DNA from: Macrostomum lignano
Lineage: Eukaryota
Direction: 5' to 3'
DNA: 64,000 nt
NCBI GenBank assembly: GCA_002269645.1
Contig: NIVC01000477.1
Coordinates: forward strand, 1-64,000
A program made the translations under genes and the position numbers. Within the stretch, counting starts at the first letter, position 1, and every line of letters begins with the position of its first letter. A model generated the notes under the pieces. The model was given only the letters and a program-made list of their open reading frames with translations. It made no database searches and was not told the DNA's origin. Shown one piece after another: positions 12,610 to 44,600 of this stretch.

Positions 12610-13000
12610 GATAATAATGATAACAATAAAAATAGTAATAATTATAACAAAAATGAAACCCCGAATAGTAACTGATAAAATAATAAAAGTATCTTTAAAT
12701 AACAAAATACCTATAATAACATCAACAGCAGCAACAATAACTATTAAAATATCAACAGCATAAAACAGCAACGATGATAATAAAATAATATTTAAGTGCC
12801 ATATTCAGGAAATATATCAGCCATCAAGCCCAGACAACACAAAATATATGAAATGATAACAATAAAAATAGTTATAGTTATAACAAAAATGAAACACCGA
12901 ATAGTACTGATAAAAAAAGAGTCTCTTTTAACAAAATACTTATAATAACATCAACAGCAGCAACAAAAACTATTAAAATATCAACAGCAAAAAACAGCAA
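12610..13000. repeat. diverged AT-rich tandem duplication, period about 235 bp
   Basis: atgataacaataaaaatagt at 12618 and 12853, followed by matching sequence. Confidence 0.75.
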
Positions 13001-13624
13001 ATAGCAATTCGAAACTCAAAGCTTCGCTAAATAAATAAACACTTCGTTTCGTCGACGCGGGTTAAGCAAAAAATAAATCGAGGCGGATGAAAACTGACAG
13101 TTCATACTTATTTCCTTAGCTAGAATTGTGTCCCATCTTTCGTTAATCATTCGTTTTTAATCATGCACGCATAAACTAGAAAAACAAAATAAAATACAGC
13201 GGTTTCACTTGACCCATTAACTGCCTCCAAGTTTGGTCTTTTTGCGGCGTATATTTTTGTTATAATCTTTTTTCCTTTCATTCTCCCAAATAAAACAGAC
13301 TTTGACACCTTTTAACAAAAGTTTTTTTCAGGTTTGAAAATCCAGTCTAATAAAAACTGTTTTTATATTGCTATGCATTATTAATCATGCAATGTTTATT
13401 GTTTATTAATTATGCTCCTACTGCTGTTGTTATTACTATTATACTATTATGCTTTATTACACAAGTTTTTGCACGAGAAAACGTAGCTAAAAGCACAATA
13501 AAATTAATATAATTCAGTTCATCAAATTGGTTACTTTGTAGGTAGTAAATTAATTAATATGTCAAGCAGGCAATAGCGCAGAAAATGTTCTCTTCCTCTC
13601 GACTCCAGGGTCGCTATAGATTCC

Positions 13625-14215
13625 AAGAGTCCCTAGACGAGTCCCTAGACTCCACAAAGTCCTTGAAACTCTACAGAGTCCCTAGACTCCACAGAGTCCC
13701 TAGACTCCACAGAGTCGCTAGACTCGACAGAGTCCCTAGACTCCCAGAGTCGCTAGACTCGACAGAGTCCCTAGACTCCACAGAGTCCCTAGACGAGTCC
13801 CTAGACTCCACAAAGTCCTTGAAACTCTACAGAGTCCCTAGACTCCACAAAGTCCTTGAAACTCTACAGAGTCCCTAGACTCCACAGAGTCCCTAGACTC
13901 CACAGAGTCCCTAGACTCCACAGAGTCCCTAGACTCCACAGAGTCCCTAGACTCCACAGAGTCCCTAGACTCCACAGAGTCCCTAGACTCCACAGAGTCC
14001 CTAGACTCCACAGAGTCCCTAGACTCCACAGAGTCCCTAGACTCCACAGAGTCCCTAGACTCCACAGAGTCCCTAGACTCCACAGAGTCCCTAGACTCCA
14101 CAGAGTCCCTAGACTCCACAGAGTCCCTAGACTCCACAGAGTCCCTAGACTCCACAGAGTCCCTAGACTCCACAGAGTCCCTAGACTCCACAGAGTCCCT
14201 AGACTTCCACAGAGT
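13625..14215. repeat. 18-bp minisatellite (gtccctagactccacaga)n, intergenic
   Basis: direct reading. Confidence 0.96.
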
Positions 14216-15307
14216 TCTAACACTCCAGAGCCTACAAGTGTCCTTAGATTCCTACAGATTTCCTAATCCTATATACTAAAAATGATTTGTTTGCCTTGAT
14301 TATAAAAGAATCTCATTTGATGTCTGCAGTGTCCAATACCTGGTGCAGACAACTTTACAAACAGAAACTTATAAAACGGAAGGTACTTATAGAGCTGCAA
14401 GTATTTTAATTGACAAGCGTTCATTCCAATACGTATTGCACCTAGGATACGTATTGCTTCTAAGGATCAGACGAACTTAGACCGTCTGTCAGTATGAAAA
14501 ATATTCTTAGAGATCAACGGACTCGCATAATTGGTTTGCTGATGCTGTGTGGCAACTTAGGCACATGCATCTACATGTAAGATAACCGGAAGACAGCTGA
14601 AGCGCACTTTTATTAACCTTTAGCTAAGTCATAGTATTGTCTGTATCGTTAGGGTTCGAGAAATCACGTGAAGGCAGCCCCGGCCCTATTAATTGATGAA
14701 GCCATGCATGACACGGAAGAATTTCTTTTCTTTTATTTAGACACAGTACCGCGCATGTAAAAGCTTTCACTTGCCTGACTAAAATGGATTATAGGCATAC
14801 ATGTAAGTTTGGTCGATTGAAATTTGTTAATATGCACGTAACCCCCCCCCCCCACCCACACAGCATCAGCAGACGGGAATCGCTGCTTACCTAATGGGCC
14901 GATGCATTAACATGATTTACAGTACAGGAAGTTCTTTTCAATTGGTTTCAAAAAGCTGAATCAGCCCGACCCCTCACGCCTCCCAATCCAATGCCCAGTA
15001 GTGTATGTCTAGCGTGCACAGAGTGCTTGGACGAACATTAATCAAGTCATTTCTGGACCATGGATAACTAACACAGCTAAAGCAGAAGGTCGCTACTACA
15101 CTTGCAAATACACGTGCCGATTTTTTTTTCGCTTCTAAATGCATCACTGAGATAGCGAGAAATTTTCAGTTGTTTAGGACTAAATTCCCATCGATGCGAG
15201 CGTATATCTCACCTTATCAACGTCCGGATTATAAATGAACGTTTGATGCGCACTTGCTTTAATGGCTATAACAATTCAACCAAATAAGAGGCAATGACAA
15301 CGACCAG

Positions 15308-16842
15308 CAGAGACAGGGGCGCCCACCAAAAGACAGGGGCGCCCACCAAGAGACACAGGCGCCCACCAAGAGACAGAGGCGCCCACCAAGAGACAGAGAC
15401 GCCCACCAAGAGACAGGGGTGCCCACCAAGAGACAGGGGCGCCCATCAAGAGACAGGGGCGCCCATCAAGAGACAGAGGCGCCAACCAAGAGACAGGGGC
15501 GCCCACCAAGAGACAGAGGCGCCCACCAAGAGACAGAGGCGCACACCAAGAGACAGAGGCGCCCATCAAGAGACAGGGGCGCCCACCAAAAGACAGAGGC
15601 GCCCACCAAGAGACAGAGACACCCACCAAGAGACAGAGGTGCCCACAAAGAGACAGGAGCCCCCACCAAGAGACAGGGGTGCCCACCAAGAGACAGGGGT
15701 GCCCACCAAGAGACAGAGGTGCCCACCAAGAGACAGGGGTGCCCACCAAGAGACAGGAGCCCCCACCAAGAGACAGGGGTGCCCACCAAGAGACAGGGGT
15801 GCCCACCAAGAGACAGAGGTGCCCACCAAGAGACAGAGGTGCCCACAAAGAGACAGGAGCCCCCACCAAGAGACAGAGGTGCCCACCAAGAGACAGAGGT
15901 GCCCACCAAGAGACAGAGGCGCCCACCAAGAGACAGAGGTGCCCACCAAGAGACAGGGGTGCCCACCAAGAGACAGAGGCGCCCACCAAAGAGACAGAGG
16001 CGCCCACCAAGAGAAAGAGGCGCCCATCAAGAGACTTGGCGCCTATTTAAGAGACACGGGCGCCCATCAAGAGACAGAGGCGCCAACCAAGAGACAGGGG
16101 CGCCCACCAAGAGACAGAGGTGCCCACCAAGAGACAGAGGCGCCCACCAAGAGACAGAGGCGCCCACCAAGAGACAGAGGCGCCTACCAAGAGACAGAGG
16201 CGCCCACCAAGAGACAGAGGCGCCCACCAAGAGACAGGGGCGCCCACCAAGAGAGAGGGGCGCCCATCAAGAGACAGGGGCGCCCATCAAGAGACAGGGG
16301 CGTCCATCAAGAGACAGGGGCGCCCACCAAGAGAGAGGGGCGCCCATCAAGAGACAGGGGCGCCCATCAAGAGACAGGGGCGCCCATCAAGAGACAGGGG
16401 CGTCCATCAAGAGACAGAGGCGCCCACCAAAAGAGAGGGGCGCCCACCAAGAGACAGGGGCGCCAACCAAGAGACAGAGGCGCCCACCAAGAGACAGAGG
16501 CGCCCACCAAGAGACAGAGGCGCCCACCAAGAGACAGGGGTGCCCACCAAGAGACAGAGGCGCCCACCAAGAGACAGAGGCGCCCACCAAGAGACAGGGG
16601 TGCCCACAAAGAGACAGGGATGCCCACCAAGAGACAGAGGCGCCCACCAAGAGACAGAGGCGCCCATCAAGAGACTTGGCGCCCATTTAAGAGACACGGG
16701 CGCCCACCAAGAGACAGAGGCGCCCACCAAGAGAGAGGGGCGCCCACCAAGAGACAGAGGCGCCCACCAAGAGACAGGGGCGCCCACCAAGAGACAGGGG
16801 CGCACACCAAGAGACAGAGGCGCCCACCAAGAGACAGGGGCG
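15308..16842. repeat. 20-bp minisatellite (ccaagagacagaggcgccca)n, intergenic
   Basis: direct reading. Confidence 0.97.
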
Positions 16843-17314
16843 GCTCATCAAAGCACCAAACATTGGCACCCCCGTGGTTGCGGCCCACTCTAATAATTAA
16901 AGTTTATTGGCTAGTATGAATATATACAAGCGTGTATACAAAGCCAGTTAAACCAAGCGTAAAATTTATTTCACCATGCAAACAAATCGTTTAAAAAAAT
17001 CCCTATAGCAATGCCTACATTTCGAATAAACAAAATTGACTCCCCACTTCTCGTGTGCGACAGGAATTCTTGTTGCATGTCCACTTCAACGGTACTGGCT
17101 TCACCCATCTGTGTGTTTTTTGAAGTTTGTTTTGCTTACCAAATTTGCTTGCCGGTCTGTCTGTCTGTCGGAATCGGCTGCACTTTTTTTGGGCGGCAGA
17201 TCAGACAGAATTTTATGCGCAATTAATCCCATTCTACATTCATTGTAGACCACTTTGAATGGCGTTTGTATGTTGAGACTAACCATCTCTAATTTTTCTC
17301 CGCTCATCTCCATT

Positions 17315-17790
17315 CTCTCTCACTCTCGCACCTCATCACACACTCACATCTTCTCTCTCTCTCTCCTCTCTCACCCACATCTCCACTCTCAATCACATCT
17401 CCTCTCTCACTCTCTCCTCTCTCACTTACATCTCCTGCCTCACTCACATCTCCTCTCTCACTTACATCTCCTCTCTCACTCACATCTCCTCTCTCACCCA
17501 CATCTCCTCTCTCACCCACATCTTTCTCACTCACATCTCCTCTCTCACTGATATCTCCTCTCTCACTTACATCTCTCTCACTCACATCTCCTCTCTCACT
17601 CTCTCCTCTCTCACTCACATCTCCTGCCTCACCCACATCCCCTCTCTCACTTACATCTCCTCTCTCACTGACATCTCCTCTCTCACTCACATCTCCTCTC
17701 TCACTCACATCTCCTCTCTCACCCACATCTCCTGTCTCACTCTCGTCTCCTCTCTCAGTCACATCTCCTCTCCCACTCTCTCCTTCTCCT
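17315..17790. repeat. 18-bp CT-rich minisatellite (ctcacatctcctctctca)n
   Basis: direct reading. Confidence 0.9.
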
Positions 17791-17804
17791 TTTCACCACC
17801 CTCC

Positions 17805-18252
17805 GCAGGGCCCTGCTTGGACTTAACCGCAGGGCCTCATGGCGGTGACCATGGCCCACCTCCAGGATAAAATACGAAGTGAGGAATGCCCCTTCTGCCT
17901 TTCCGGTGTCGAGAATGCGGAGCACTTCATCTGTGAATGCCCCGCCTTTACTCAGGACAGGCTCACCTACCTCGGCCCAAACCCGGACCTCTCCGACGTT
18001 TTCAGGCCCGAGAATCTCTGTCAGCTCGGCCGCTACCTAAGGGCTACCGGGCGAGCGACCATCCACCTCCTGGACTCTCCGGAGGGGACCAGCGCTGCGG
18101 ACGCCGGCACCACCGGATCTCCCTGCGCGACACAGCAGCACCAGCTGCCCGTGGTCGCCAGGGGTTGGCGAAATAGACGGCAACGCCTCCTCGCTGCATC
18201 CGGATGCACGGAGCCCCCTGCAGCTGAGTCAAGCCCCCTCTTCTCCCCCTAA
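17805..18252 (+). mobile_element. 5'-truncated non-LTR retrotransposon (LINE) 3' end with C-terminal CCHC zinc-binding motif
   Basis: [30 protein letters not shown], preceded by a frameshifted [10 protein letters not shown] segment; typical of the ORF2 C-terminus of I/R1-group LINEs; no RT domain retained. Confidence 0.75.
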
Positions 18253-18865
18253 CCTCTCTTATCAATCTCCTGTCTTCTCGTTGTCTCTTCAATTGCTCAC
18301 CCGAATGCTCTATTTTCCTCCCAATTCCCAACTTCTATACGCAGACAGACTCCACTGATCAAAACAAGGAATTGCTGATTATTTATACATGACTGCCCGT
18401 TTCGCTTGATGATATCGAATTCCAGTTTCTCTGGTGGACAGTGAAGGATTCTTTAATAACTCGTACATTCCGTCCTTCTGTTCATCCTTGATCTTTAAAC
18501 TCAGCCTGACCTTCGTTGACATGCAGCCATGCATATTTTGTGTAAAAAATAATTAAAGAACGAAAAATAATGTCGTTATCTCAATACATTTGCCAAAAAA
18601 TTGATTCCAGCACAATTTAACAACAGGCTTACTACCCGTTGCTTTAGGGATTCGCCTCATCTGTTTCTTTTCTAAGAAATGAAGTCTCTTTTCCTCTTGG
18701 GATATCGGCGTCTGCGCACGCTCTTACAAAACCCTTTGAGAATAGGACTCAGCCTCAGTATGGCTTCATGTGCTGTTGAACGCTATCATTTCTCTTTTTA
18801 GAAGAAACCTCAGAAATTCGAGGCCTTGGGTTTGGGGAAAATTCTGAAAACAGAGATATCAGATT

Positions 18866-20076
18866 AGACTCTACAAACTCCAATTGCAATCAGATTTGAC
18901 TCCACAAACTCCAATTGCAATCAGATTTGACTCCACAAACTCCAATTGCAATCAGATTTGACTCCACAAACTCCAATTGCAATCAGATTTGACTCCACAA
19001 ACTCCAATTGCAATCAGATTTGACTCCACAAACTCCAATTGCAATCAGATTTGACTCCACAAACTCCAATTGCAATCAGATTTGACTCCACAAACTCCAA
19101 TTGCAATCAGATTTGACTCCACAAACTCCAATTGCAATCAGATTTGACTCCACAAACTCCAATTGCAATCAGATTTGACTCCACAAACTCCAATTGCAAT
19201 CAGATTTGACTCCACAAACTCCAATTGCAATCAGATTTGACTCCACAAACTCCAATTGCAATCAGATTTGACTCCACAAACTCCAATTGCAATCAGATTT
19301 GACTCCACAAACTCCAATTGCAATCAGATTTGACTCCACAAACTCCAATTGCAATCAGATTTGACTCCACAAACTCCAATTGCAATCAGATTTGACTCCA
19401 CAAACTCCAATTGCAATCAGATTTGACTCCACAAACTCCAATTACAATCAGATTTGGCTCCACAAACTCCAATTGCAATCAGATTTGACTCCACAAACTC
19501 CAATTACAATCAGATTTGACTCCACAAACTCCAATTGCAATCAGATTTGACTCCACAAACTCCAATTGCAATCAGATTTGACTCCACAAACTCCAATTGC
19601 AATCAGATTTGACTCCAAAAACTCCAATTGCAATCAGATTTGACTCCACAAACTCCAATTGCAATCAGATTTGACTCCACAAACTCCAATTGCAATCAGA
19701 TTTGACTCCACAAACTCCAATTGCAATCAGATTTGACTCCACAAACTCCAATTGCAATCAGATTTGACTCCACAAACTCCAATTGCAATCAGATTTGACT
19801 CCACAAACTCCAATTGCAATCAGATTTGACTCCACAGACTCCAATTGCAATCAGATTTGACTCCACAAACTCCAATTGCAATCAGATTTGACTCCACAGA
19901 CTCCAATTGCAATCAGATTTGACTCCACAAACTCCAATTGCAATCAGATTTGACTCCACAGACTCCAATTGCAATCAGATTTGACTCCACAAACTCCAAT
20001 TGCAATCAGATTTGACTCCACAAACTCCAATTGCAATCAGGTTTGACTCCACAAACTCCAATTGCAATCAGGTTTG
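18866..20076. repeat. 31-bp highly homogeneous minisatellite (gactccacaaactccaattgcaatcagattt)n, about 39 copies
   Basis: direct reading; no spacers. Confidence 0.97.
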
Positions 20077-20395
20077 AAGCCAAAAGGCCCACACAGACGC
20101 TGACGCCATTGAATAAAGTTAAAAAGTCTTCAAAGCTGAATGATAGTTTTGTATCTAAAATCGGGATTCTAAAAAAATCACTCAAATAGCATTTTTATAT
20201 GGAATTTTTTTTCAAAGAACTAACGGTCGAGGGGCATTCAAACAAGACTTTAGAGGACGGAATTTCAAAAAAAGATTTTTGTTAAGTGTTAGAAAAAGTT
20301 AGCGCTCTTAATTAAGCATAGCAACTACACACTTGCAGCATCTTACATGCTTGATAAATGAATCAAAATAGTAACACAGTTGTATTTCAGCTTCA

Positions 20396-39554
<19,159 letters not shown>

Positions 39555-41540
39555 TTTTATTTCGATTTATCTGAAATATTTTCAGCGAGAAAATTCTTAT
39601 AACAAACTCGTAATTAAAAATTTGCTGGCTTGAATTTCTTAGGAAGTTGCAAAGTACTCCTAAAAGTTCCGCATCCCGATTCTTTACAAATAATCGGTGC
39701 AATAACTACTAAGACATATAGAGAACTAATTAAGAAGAAAACAGAAACAAATTATTAATAAGTAATAAAATTTATCAGTAAGCGAAAGCGTTGCCGTTTT
39801 CAAAATGCATTTCCTTTCAATACCTTTCAGATACTGCGGCTATACCCAGATCGTAGTTAATATAAATGTCGCTATGTTATTGATATTAAATAAGTTAATT
39901 TTTCAGCTCAAAATATTTTAGATAGATTAAGAAATTTGCTTGCTGCAGTCCTTTCAGTCATTTAAGACCTTTCTATAATTGGTAATGGAATGTAATTTGT
40001 ATACAATACCAATTTCGAAGTAACCATAGTCAGCTATTCCCGATGACCTGTTTTCAATAAAAAGTTAGGAATGAGTCCATTGCAGTTAGTTTAGTTTAAT
40101 CGATAGTTTAGTTTATTGCACTATAAAATTTAGAATATAGAAGCCGAAAAAATATTTCTTTATAAAATGATATTTCATAGTAAATAAACTATTTAATATA
40201 GAGCGTTTCGCGTTGATGTTAAAGCATTCCGCATCAGTCATGGCTCATCAAGTTATGAGGATCATCTTTTGCATTTGTATAGTAAGAACTAAATGTAAGT
40301 TAAATTAAATCAAAAGACTGATCGTGTTATAGATATACAAGAGTTTGATGTACAAACGGTTTCTCAACAAAAAGAATTTATGTAATTCTGAGTGTTGAAT
40401 AAATATGACCATCTAGACACGCAACTAAGCTTTTCTTCCATTTTCTAGGAAATTTTAACAAATGTTCCTACTTGAAATGCGCTGCTACGCTTAACAACAT
40501 ATTTTTTATATCAGATTAAAACTAGGGAAAAACTTTTTGCGTAATATTTGTTAAAAACTTTTTTTAGACATAAAATTACATTTTAACACTATACTGGAAA
40601 AAACTTAGGCACGTATTTTGATATAACCAGAACAAAATAAAATTTTGAAATGAAACAAAGCAACAATTCTTATTGGACAAGGCCCAAGAACGTTATCTAG
40701 ACTTGTCTGATTGGTCTGTGTGAGTTGGTGTTTTCTTCTTCTCAATCTCAGTATATATTTCTCTCTGGTAAGTCAATTACCTTGCTTTGCTTTTCAAAAT
40801 TTTATGCTGATTTTCTTATCCTGACTTGGACCATATATTCTAACACGAAATTTCAGACTTCCCATATCATGTAAGTAAGTGTGATTGTGTATAGTATCTT
40901 CACAAACACGATATACCTCGTCTAGGCTATACTGTATGATATGCTATGTAATGTAACAGGATAGGGTACACGATTTATTGATTAATCATGCAGCTTTAAC
41001 ATAACACTTGAACTGTGGTAGGCGTAGTCCTATCTGATATATAGGTATAGAAATAAAATACTTTTTTACTATGTCTAGACTCTACACTACAGTGAAGTAA
41101 ATATAAAGTTATCTAGGCCTATGCTATATTCAGAAGATTGATTTTAACCTATGGCTTTTATTATATATCTTAGATTCTTAGCACTTTTAAGATTAAGATT
41201 CAATAAAAAGTCAAAATCTTGAATATCAATTGTAAGATTGAGGTCTCATCATCTAATCTCTACCACACTCTGGAGTCTGGATCATGTAGTAGGCCTATAC
41301 TCCCAAAAATCTAGGCATGCATTGGCCTTGCACACCCAAAAGTAGGCGTGCACAATTGGCAAGCATCATTCCTAGGCCTAAGAAAATATTTTGCGTGTAC
41401 TATTTGCTTTATAGAATCACACAGAAAAATTATTGTGAAGTAGAAAAAAGTTCTTTTAAAGCATTAATTTCAAGCTTTCCATTTTTAGCTTGTAATTAAA
41501 TAAAGCATTTTAATAAATCCTTGCGTGTATCAATTTTTCA

Positions 41541-42282
41541 ACAAGTATAACTTTGGCCGTCCACTTTTCCATCAACTTCAACTTTTCTGTTAAATTTTCC
41601 GTTAACTATTCCGTCAACTATTCCGTCAACTTTTCGTGTTAGTAGGATAAATAACTTTATCTGTCAACTATTCCGTCAACTTTTCCATTTACTTTTCCAT
41701 TAACTTTTCCGTTAAGTATTCCGTTAACTTTTCCGTTAACTATTCCATCAAGTATTCCGATAATTTTATTTGTTAACTCTTCCGTCAACATTTCCGCTTA
41801 CTATTCCGTTAACTTTTCCGCCAAATATCTCATGCTTTAGATTTGTTGAGAGTATATACACATGTATGTACATGTATAAATTCTAAATAAAAAACACATG
41901 CATAAATTTCCAGCGCGACATGTTCCAGAATTTAATTGGTATTGCTGCACTACCCTGCACTACAACATCTGCACTTGTTCATCAATTTATCTTTGTGAAA
42001 TGAAGCGCTGGTACTAGAGAAAATAGAAAAAATTAAAGATGCACGTTGTTACTAACACAGGCTTGTTTTTTCATCAATATATATAAGCATGCAAACACAA
42101 TAAATGATCAAAGAGCTACTCGCATGATGATCCTATTTGAGAAAGTCACATATGTTTTTTCAGAACAATAAATTGTTGACGGTAAATTTGACAGAATACT
42201 TGACAGAAAAGTTAACGGAAAAGTTGACGGAAAAGTTGACAGAAAAGTTAACGGAAAAGTTGACGGCCAAAGTTATACTCGT
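41541..42282. mobile_element. non-autonomous TIR/foldback element with inverted subterminal 12-mer repeats
   Basis: agtataactttggccgtc at 41544 is the reverse complement of gacggccaaagttatact ending at 42279. (ttccgtcaactt)-like repeats on the left and (aagttgacggaa)-like on the right. Confidence 0.7.
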
Positions 42283-43435
42283 ATTTTTCATTATAAATAA
42301 TTTTACTGAAAAACATTAAAATCAACCAATATCTGTTAAAAAGGGTAGGCCTAGGCTTATATTATGCAATTTGAAAAAAGTATTTTATTGTTGCAATACC
42401 AGCATAGTTTTAAAAATGGGCATGCATCCAATTTTTTTGGCATGCATTTATAATTATTCATTTTTTGTTTGGATATAATATACATATTACATCTATTTTA
42501 CTATGATCTGGACTATAGAATTTCTGAGTTAAGGTCTGACCAAGATAAAATTTTTGTTTTCAAAAAAGATTAATTAAGCTAGAATTTTATTAAAAAAAGC
42601 AATAGGCCTATCAAGTGTTAATCAATAAAAAATTGGGAAATAGGGTCATAAAAATTTTTTTAACTTATTTTTTTATTTAAATTTTTATATTCTTACCTAA
42701 ATAAATAGATACATTATTAGCTATCTCATATAAAATGCTAAATGTATCTATATTTATTGTACCAAACTAAACAAATCACTAAATTTGAAAGAGTTATTGT
42801 GTTTCACTTGATTTTATGAAGTTGCTTTGGCTTCATGTTTTTGCTTTTTTGCCTTTGGAAATCAAAGGTTTTTGTTTATTTATAATTTGGCTATGGGAAA
42901 ATTTGGAATACAGAGAATTGACATCTAAAATATAACAAATTCTGGCTATGGAAATATCATAGTAAAATTCAATATGGCTTTGGCTATTGAGATACAAAGG
43001 TGTGGCAATAGAATACTAATAGGAACAGTGGTATTTATGATAAATTATATAAAACTTTACCTATCAAAATAAGCATATTTTCTATCATCTTATATTACAT
43101 TATACTCATTACTTAGCAGCCATAGTCTCGATTGAACTAGCAGCAAGTCTCTAGTTTTTGGTGGCTTAGGATCCCACACAAAGTGTTGGCCTAAAACTAG
43201 GAAGATACAAAGCACTGGTGGAATATTAACATTTGCAACTATATCCATAGGTTAAAGGTTATAGGTTAAAGGTTAAAGGTTGTGAAGGTTATATCTGATT
43301 AATTTTTGGGATTAGATAAGACTTTAGAATCAGAATCAGGATTAAGGTGTTGTTCTACCTGTACTCCAAGTACCAGGCTACAATATTTAACTAATTGTGT
43401 ACTTTCCCAACAAAATTTTAGGCTTTATTGGTATT

Positions 43436-44600
43436 ATGCCAATTCGTGCTAATCCAGCCACTGCTGCACTGTTAGCTGGCGGTGTCTCCATATCTGCAAT
43501 AATCCTATTGATCTACTTGAAACTGCGTGGCAATAATACTCAGAATAATAAGAAGTCCTGCTTGCCTAAGCCAGACGATTGTGACACTGAAACTACTAAA
43601 CTGACTGAGAATTCAATTAGCACCTTTCAAACTCTCTTGTCTGATTGTGTTGCCAAGGAGGCAGTTGTAGTAGAGAAAACTTCTGAATCAAATCGCTTAG
43701 ACTCTGAACCTGAGGCTGCGGAAGAGTCCCTCAGCGAGTGCGAGCATCATCTAGAAGAAGAAGAAGAAGAAGGCAACAACAGCGACGCAGTTGAAGAAAT
43801 AGTCGAAGAAATTATCGAACCAAAAGAAATCTTGAAGCCCCTAGAAGCAGAGATTATCATGACTACATCAACCGAGGCTTTAGCCGATTGCGCCACTAAA
43901 AGCAGCAGCAGCAACAACAACAACAACGAAGAAGTTGCTGCTAATGCTGCCGCTATTTCTGAGATGGAGAGCAAAACTGAGAGCTTGACAGTTAACACAG
44001 GTAGCGCCAAAAATGACCCGGAAACTGTGGAACAATCCGATATTGTCGAACAGCAGCAACCCGGACAGGACCGGGTCAGCAACTGGCTATCTAAAAACCA
44101 ACGCTATTGTCGCCAGCAGCCTCATCATCATAATAATCATTGCCAATCTTCCATTGCTCATCATCGTCTTGAGGACGCGTCAGACGATAGCGGCCGTCCG
44201 TCCAGCGTTGACACTGCTGCGGACGCGGCCAGTCCGCGCTCGTCCGCCACTGGCACTCGCCACTCCTCGTCTACCGCCGTAGCTGTTGCCATGTCTCTGT
44301 CGCCCCGTCAGCTGCAGCAGCAGCAGGAGAGTGAACAGCAGGCTCTGCTATCGACTGTAGACAATAACGCTGGTATTGTTGAACAATTTCCAGACCGATC
44401 CAAAGTTATCCGAGGCGTATCGCCGATTCCGGGCGATGATAACGATATTATTCATCAGTTCTTGATTCCTAATAAGCTGGGCGGCTCCATGGTTGGCACT
44501 CGCGGCCGAAATATTAATTATATTCGCGCCAAATCTGGCGCCTCCGTTTGGATTAGTAGGAATTTCTTTGACAAGAAAACTCAAGTGGTTAACGTTCGAG
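43436..44600 (+). CDS. AKAP1: AKAP1-like exon 1
   Basis: ATG 43436, G|gtgagc donor. Confidence 0.88.

Noticed and set aside
18380-18840. Minus-strand short frame MSTKVRLSLKIKDEQKDGMYELLKNPSLSTRETG, vaguely like an HTH or transposase remnant
   Set aside because: Under 50 aa with stops upstream and no diagnostic motif; it would need a tBLASTn or HMM hit.
18866-20076. CRISPR-like look of 28-34-bp repeat arrays (also 26540-27724 and 60275-61012)
   Set aside because: Units are head-to-tail with no unique spacers, there are no cas genes, and the context is eukaryotic.
40020-40034. RFX X-box candidate GTAACCATAGTCAG upstream of DLEC1
   Set aside because: The second half-site does not match RGYAAC.
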